Source: Schmidtea polychroa
Taxonomy: Eukaryota
Length of the DNA stretch: 64,000 nucleotides
Assembly (NCBI GenBank): GCA_044892525.1
Contig: CM097885.1
Coordinates: forward strand, 24,058,001-24,122,000
Direction: 5' to 3'
Both the position numbers and the translations under genes were made by a program. Positions 58,346-64,000 of this stretch are shown piece by piece. Each line of letters begins with the position of its first letter. Position 1 is the stretch's first letter. Below the pieces are notes generated by a model. The model did no database searches. It saw only the letters and a program-made list of their open reading frames with translations, and was not told the DNA's origin.

Positions 58346-60310
58346 CAAGGGTGGGCACGCATGGGTTCAATAAGAGCCATTTTCCGAAAATTTATTTTTT
58401 ACAGAGCCACCATAGTAAAGTACATATTTTTTTTATTTCATTAATTTGATTAAAGAGACTTAAACGCTATTAAAAAAAACAAAATAATTATTTCAAACAT
58501 TAAGTAACAAACATAAAAATCCATTAATAAAAAGTAATAAAATTTCTTGAATTAACGAAGACTTTTGGTCAAATCTTTGAAATTTGGTGTATACTTTGTT
58601 AAAGCTGTTCGCAGCAATTCTGTAAGATGCTGATAGGTCAACTGTGAACGATATTTCGACTTTACGAACTTCATTGTGGAGTACAAAGATTCACAACAAT
58701 ATGTTGTACCAAAAATTGAAATTAGACGGCAAGCAGCTTGTTTTAAGTGTGGATATTTTGCCTCTGGTACGAGTTTCCAAAATTCAACTATAGAAGTAGA
58801 TTTATGGTGCATTTGCAAAGCCTGGTCCTCTTTCATATCTAATAACTCCAATTCCCCAACCGCTTTTTTAACAAGTATTACTTCAGAAATTGGAAATCCA
58901 TCTTCAATAATATCACAAATAAATGGGTTCACAAAAAATGCAAATGTAGATTTATAACTTTTCAAATCTTCAAACCTACATTTGAAATCCGCTTGCAATT
59001 CTTGCAATTCTTCCAATTTTTCACTGTATTCGTTTACTTTTTCTTCTGTAATATCAATTATATTAGCTTTTATTCGTGGAAAATGATTAAATATTTTCGA
59101 CCTAAGATCGTTCACAAAAAGCCGAAGTTTAGCTTCAAAACTAAATTTTGACATCGATACCGTGAGTTGTTTCGAGAAGAGCTACTAGGTCTAACATTTC
59201 TTCCTTCACTTTTACGTCAGAAGATACAAAGCGGACAAAAACGGCTAATTGTGGAACATCCTGAATGTCAGTAGACTCGTCGAGAGCTAAACTGAATGCT
59301 GTACAATTTTTTAAATCACACATCAAATTATTTTCAACATTTTCGCTAATTTGGCCAATTCGACGCTCAGTTGTACGACGTGAAATAGGAATACGTGAGA
59401 TCAATTTATGTAGTTTTGAGTTGTCCGGATCCAAAACTTTAATCACTTCTTCCAAGTTTCTCTGAATAAATTCACCTTCTCCATATGGACGTTTAGCACG
59501 AGCTATATTCCAAGCTATCAAAAAACTAGCTTCGTTGGCACTGTCATCTTCTCGACTAAAAGTAGATAATAGTCCTTGTTGGGCTTCAAGCCCTGATTGC
59601 AATGACTTAAGTTTTTCTGTCCGCAAGTTTGAATTGAGTGGATATTGAATTGATAAGTGTGGATGACTTACTTCATAGTGTCGACGTAAATTGGTTACTT
59701 TGTAGTTGGAAATTGTACCTTTACAAATAAGACACAACGATTTACCATTATTGTCAATAAAAAAAACTTTTCTGTCCATTCTTCTTGAAAAGTTCTATTT
59801 TCTTGTCTGTATTGTCGTTTTTTGATGTTTTCTTATGTCATTATAATAATAAATTTAAATAACTATATGGCTGAAATTTAAACAAAATAATAAAAAGACA
59901 TTAATTTAATTTAGTTAGTTTAAAATTTTAAAATGCTTCATAAAAAAATCTTCTTACCAAATTTTTCAAAAAACACGAATAGAAAACTATACTAAAATAT
60001 ACAAACGACCGCAATCTTGTACAAACAAAATAATAACCAATCAAAATTCACTAAATTTATTTTTGATGCTTCTCTCTCGTTGTTATAACAAAGCGCCGCC
60101 TACTACAAAATAATTTTAAAAAGCAGTAAAATGTGAAAAACAATGTTTCGTTATTTTTTGACATTTATGAAACAACAATTGCAACAAAAAATTTTTTCTC
60201 AAAACATTTAGTGAAAAATTTCAAAATAAAAAATCGAATTCGATTATCAAGAATTCAATTATCAATGAGCCGCAGTTTACTCAACGAAGAGCCGCATTTG
60301 CCCACCGTTG
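58346..60310 (-). mobile_element. hAT (Buster-type) element, inverted duplicate
   Basis: TSD CTATATAA at 58338-58345 and 60311-60318; same internal deletion and flanks as 24071-26038. Confidence 0.93.
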
Positions 60311-60710
60311 CTATATAAGGATTCTCATTCGTTAAAACATTAATATTGGTTTGCAAATTATTAGATAACTCCATAAATTTCATTTTATAAATTAAGCACT
60401 AAAAACTTATCTTTTCTTTAGTTTTTTATTTAAACTAATTTCAATCTTTTTTTAAAATATTTTTGGATAAAACATTGAGAATCTTTTCTCTTCCTCATAA
60501 TTAACACATTCTATAATGAATATCTCTACACCATATCCTTTATGGTAATCGTTCTGAAATAGCTTCTTTATAAAGAAATCATATATTTGGTCACCATTTT
60601 CGAATTTCCTAGAATATTTCCTTGTTTAATTCATGTCCCAATATTTTATCAACTAACTCTTCTATAATCGTGAAATAATTTTTGGGCTCCTTGTATTTAT
60701 GTATTTTTTA

Positions 60711-60751
60711 CTACAATATATTTCGACAAAATCACTGTGGTCTTCAGGTAG
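60711..60751 (-). ncRNA. Minimal hammerhead motif (single copy in the inverted block)
   Basis: Reverse complement of 23255-23295. Confidence 0.6.
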
Positions 60752-60779
60752 AATTAAAATTCAAACTAAATCAATCGAA

Positions 60780-61750
60780 ATTGCTCTTTCTCTTAATTTC
60801 TTTTTTAAACATTGAATAGCCTCTTTTGGTTCGATAGATGTGTATAGTGATAAGACATCAAAACTGAATGGGTATTTGAATTCTCTATGAGAAGTTTTGT
60901 TATTATTTAATCTTGTCATGAGACAGTCGCTGCTTTAAAGATGGTGTGCTCCAATAAAGGTTTCAAGATCTTTGCAAGGAGCCAACTTGTTTTAGTTGTT
61001 GGTCCATTTTTGTTGAACACTATAGGCCTATTTTTGATAACAGAATCCTCTTTGTGAGTTTTAATTAGGTGGTAGAAGTTGGGAAGATCAGAATTTTTTG
61101 TGACGAAGCTGTTGGTTATTCTGTTGTTGAGCTTCATTTCCAAAGCTATGGCTTTCCATACTTTGTTGATCTTCATTTCGATATTGTTTGGTGACATGCG
61201 GCTGACTTTCTTGTATGTTTCGATATTGCCGAGGTGTTCGTAACCAGCTTCAAAGTACCGATTCTTCTCTATAATGCAAAATTCTCCCCCTTGTCACTTG
61301 GTAAGTAAACATATGGTTTCTTTTCGAGGGATTTTAATATTGCTTGTTCATCTTTCGATAGGTTTGAGAGTTATGGTTTTCTTTTTTCCTTCTCAACTAT
61401 CTCCATAATTTTGTGACAGACCTTTGAGAGTGTTGAATCTAATTCTGCATCAGGATTTAGTTGATAGAGTTTATCTGCGTTTATGTATACTGGGAGCTTT
61501 TCTTCGCTATTTTCATTTTCATGAGATATTGTATTGTTCCATTTGATCTGGTACGCAATGCGACAAAGAGCTGTTTTGAAATTGAGGATGGCTGCTTCAT
61601 CTATTTTTCTGTTTATACTGAACATTGGTCCTAGTGAAAGTAATCCTTTTGTACCTTCAGATAGACAATTTGTGAGGTCGGTTACCGATTTTTTGTTCAA
61701 TGTAATGCTGTTGTTTCTATCCAGTGTTTCATTGTTTGATCCTTTTGTCT
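60780..61750 (-). pseudogene. Penelope RT fragment, inverted duplicate
   Basis: Mirrors 22260-23230. Confidence 0.85.
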
Positions 61751-62013
61751 AATCACAGGGAATAATGTGCTTCTGCTGTCATGAAAGATTGTCTTTGTAC
61801 CTATTAAATCAATTCTTTTGGGTGGTTATTCAAATAAGGTTTCTTGATTTCGTTGATTCTAGCTAAATATTTGCTAAGCTAATTATAGAAACTTTATAAA
61901 AATATAATATAATATAAAAATAATATATTAGTATAATATCCAAATGTGAATGTTTTTATACATAATTTTCGGTTAATTGTCTAATATTGCGATATTATTC
62001 CGCAATATTACTT

Positions 62014-62068
62014 CTTTTACCGAAGGTACGGATCTAATTTGCCGACTTCCCTTACCTACATTGTTCTA
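62014..62068 (-). pseudogene. ~55-bp fragment of large-subunit (28S) rRNA
   Basis: The reverse complement reads TAGAACAATGTAGGTAAGGGAAGTCGGCAAATTAGATCCGTACCTTCGG, a conserved eukaryotic LSU segment. Confidence 0.9.
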
Positions 62069-62189
62069 AGGCTTTATAAAAAAATAATATAATATAAAAA
62101 TAATATATTAGTATAATATCCAAATGTGGATGTTTTTATACATAATTTTCGGTTAATTGTCTAATATTGCGATATTATTCCGCAATATT

Positions 62190-62933
62190 ACTTCTTTCTC
62201 AACTTATTTATTCTCAGCACATACTATCAACATCTTTGTTGTTATTTTCTCTTTGGTGAATTCTTTATTCTCAAACAACCTGTCAACAAGGTCCTCCACT
62301 TTTTAAAAATATATTTCAATCTCTTCGCCTCTTCTTTTATAATTCAATAAACTTTCCATATTTTTTCCTAATTTTATAGACCACTCTGGAGTAGTTTTTC
62401 ATACTGTTTATCTGATCTCTTTGCTTGTCTACTTTGTCCATCAGAATTAGTGTTTCCTTTATTTCCTCTGTGCTTTTTATTTTCCGTAGTATCACTTCTT
62501 TCTAAACTTCTTTATTCTCCGCACATACTATTAACATCCTTGCTGTTAATTTCTCTTTGGTAAATTCTTTATTTTCAAACAACCTATCAACTAGGTCCTC
62601 CAACTTTTTAAAATAACGTTTCTATTTCTTCACCCTTCCGCTTGTAATTCAACAAGTTTCGTATATCCTTTAAAACATCTCCTTCGCGATCGAATGCCAA
62701 TCGCAACCTAGCCAGGAATCCTTCTGCTTTTTTATGTGTTTTGGCATACACTTCCAGGAGATCCTCATCAATCATGCAAGATGTTAGTCTTTCCTGATCT
62801 TTCTTATGCGTGATTCCCTTGGCGTCGAAATAAATTTCGCATCTCTTAATGAACTATACCAAGTCCTCACCTTGCCAGAATACCTTTGGTAGCAATCTTT
62901 CGGTGATTGCGTCAGTGTTTACCGCTGCCACCA
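62190..62933 (-). pseudogene. Gypsy PBS and gag fragments (another at ~49920-50333)
   Basis: ACCGCTGCCACCA at 62921-62933 and 50321-50333; homologous to 21310-22010. Confidence 0.6.
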
Positions 62934-63174
62934 TATTAGGATGTTCATCCTGTAAAACATTAAAATCAGTGTTTGTTTCCATAAATTTTATTTCAGTAAA
63001 TATCAGTATCAAATTATATCTTCTTTAAACTTTCTTATTTAAACAAATTTTCTACGAAGATATTTTTAATTAAAATATCTTAATATATATCTTAATAATA
63101 ATAATATATATCTTAATAATAATATATATCTTAATATATATCTTAATAATATCTTAATATCTTTTTAATTAAAA

Positions 63175-64000
63175 TACCAAGTACTCACAACCGACAACAA
63201 CCAGTTACTAAGCATTATTAACCAACTACTAAGTACCTACAACCAACTAGCTACAATCTACCATGTACTAACAACCGACAACAACCAGGTACTAAGCATT
63301 AATTACCTACAACTGGTACTAACAACCAACCAACTAGGTACTAGCTACCAAGTACTCACAAGCGACAACAACCAAGTACTAAGCATTATTAACCAACTAC
63401 TAAGTACCTACAACCAACTACTAAGTACCTACAACCAACATCAACCAGATACCTACAACTAGATACTAACAACCAGTTACCTGCTACCAAGTACTTACAA
63501 CTAGATACCACGTACTAACTAACTCTCAACCCCCACCTACCCATTAACTAGCTACTAAGTACTAACAACCAGCTAACAACTAGATACCAAGTACTTACAA
63601 CCAACATCAACCAGGTACTAAGCATTATCAACCAACTAAATACTAAGTACTAACAACCAACCAACTAGGTACTAGATACCAAGTACTTACAACCAACATC
63701 AACCAGGCACTAAACATTATCAACCAACTACTAAGTACCTACAACCACCTATCAAGTACTAACAATCAAAAGCAACAACTAGATTCTAACAACCAAAAAC
63801 ATGCAACCAACTAGCTACAACCAGCACTCAACTAGATACCAACTACTAAGTACCTACAACCAACTAGCTACCACCTACCAAGTACTAACAACCAGTTACC
63901 AACTACTAAGCATTAATTACCTACAACTAGTTACTAACAACTAGATACCAAGTACATACAACCAACAACTAAGCATTATCAACCATGTACTAACAACCAA
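63175..64000. repeat. Degenerate AC-rich minisatellite (ACAACC / ACTAAGTACC units)
   Basis: Strongly G-poor strand with shuffled short units; related tracts at ~520-850, 16650-16980, 30340-30670 and, inverted, 53985-54320. Confidence 0.8.

Noticed and set aside
62014..62068. rRNA gene or R-element insertion site in rDNA
   Set aside because: Only ~55 bp of LSU sequence, with no surrounding rDNA.
63175..64000. CRISPR-like or telomeric array
   Set aside because: No constant repeat with unique spacers and no canonical telomere unit; eukaryotic minisatellite.

Overview
Very AT-rich eukaryotic, probably invertebrate animal, repeat-rich DNA. It is dominated by two ~14.5-kb copies of a Polinton/Maverick (adintovirus-type endogenous virus). 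Copy 1 (1120-15748) has all ORFs open, AGTAGT...ACTACT termini, ~940-bp TIRs and a 6-bp TSD (CAGGTA). It encodes MCP, a Zn-finger/PLA2/integrase fusion, packaging ATPase, an adenovirus pX-like core protein, an adenain protease, penton, a fibre-like protein, a membrane protein and a protein-primed PolB with an EndoVII domain. Copy 2 (30939-45232) shares copy 1's left flank, but has a broken polB, a diverged right TIR and no TSD, so it looks chimeric. The most unusual signal is inside the TIRs: two outward-facing tRNA-sized Pol III (A-box/B-box) cassettes followed by GC-rich hairpins, one showing a compensatory base-pair change between variants. This suggests a VA-RNA/TMER-like non-coding RNA module. 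The rest of the window is a mosaic of TE relics: Gypsy gag with a tRNA-Leu PBS, Penelope RT/GIY-YIG with minimal hammerheads, a Buster-type hAT and a MITE. This mosaic occurs at 15.7-29.4 kb and again, inverted and shuffled, at 49.9-63.1 kb. The window also holds an intronless divergent TFIIB gene, a 55-bp 28S rRNA insertion flanked by a ~126-bp duplication, and microsatellites. All calls come from reading motifs by eye; no searches were run.
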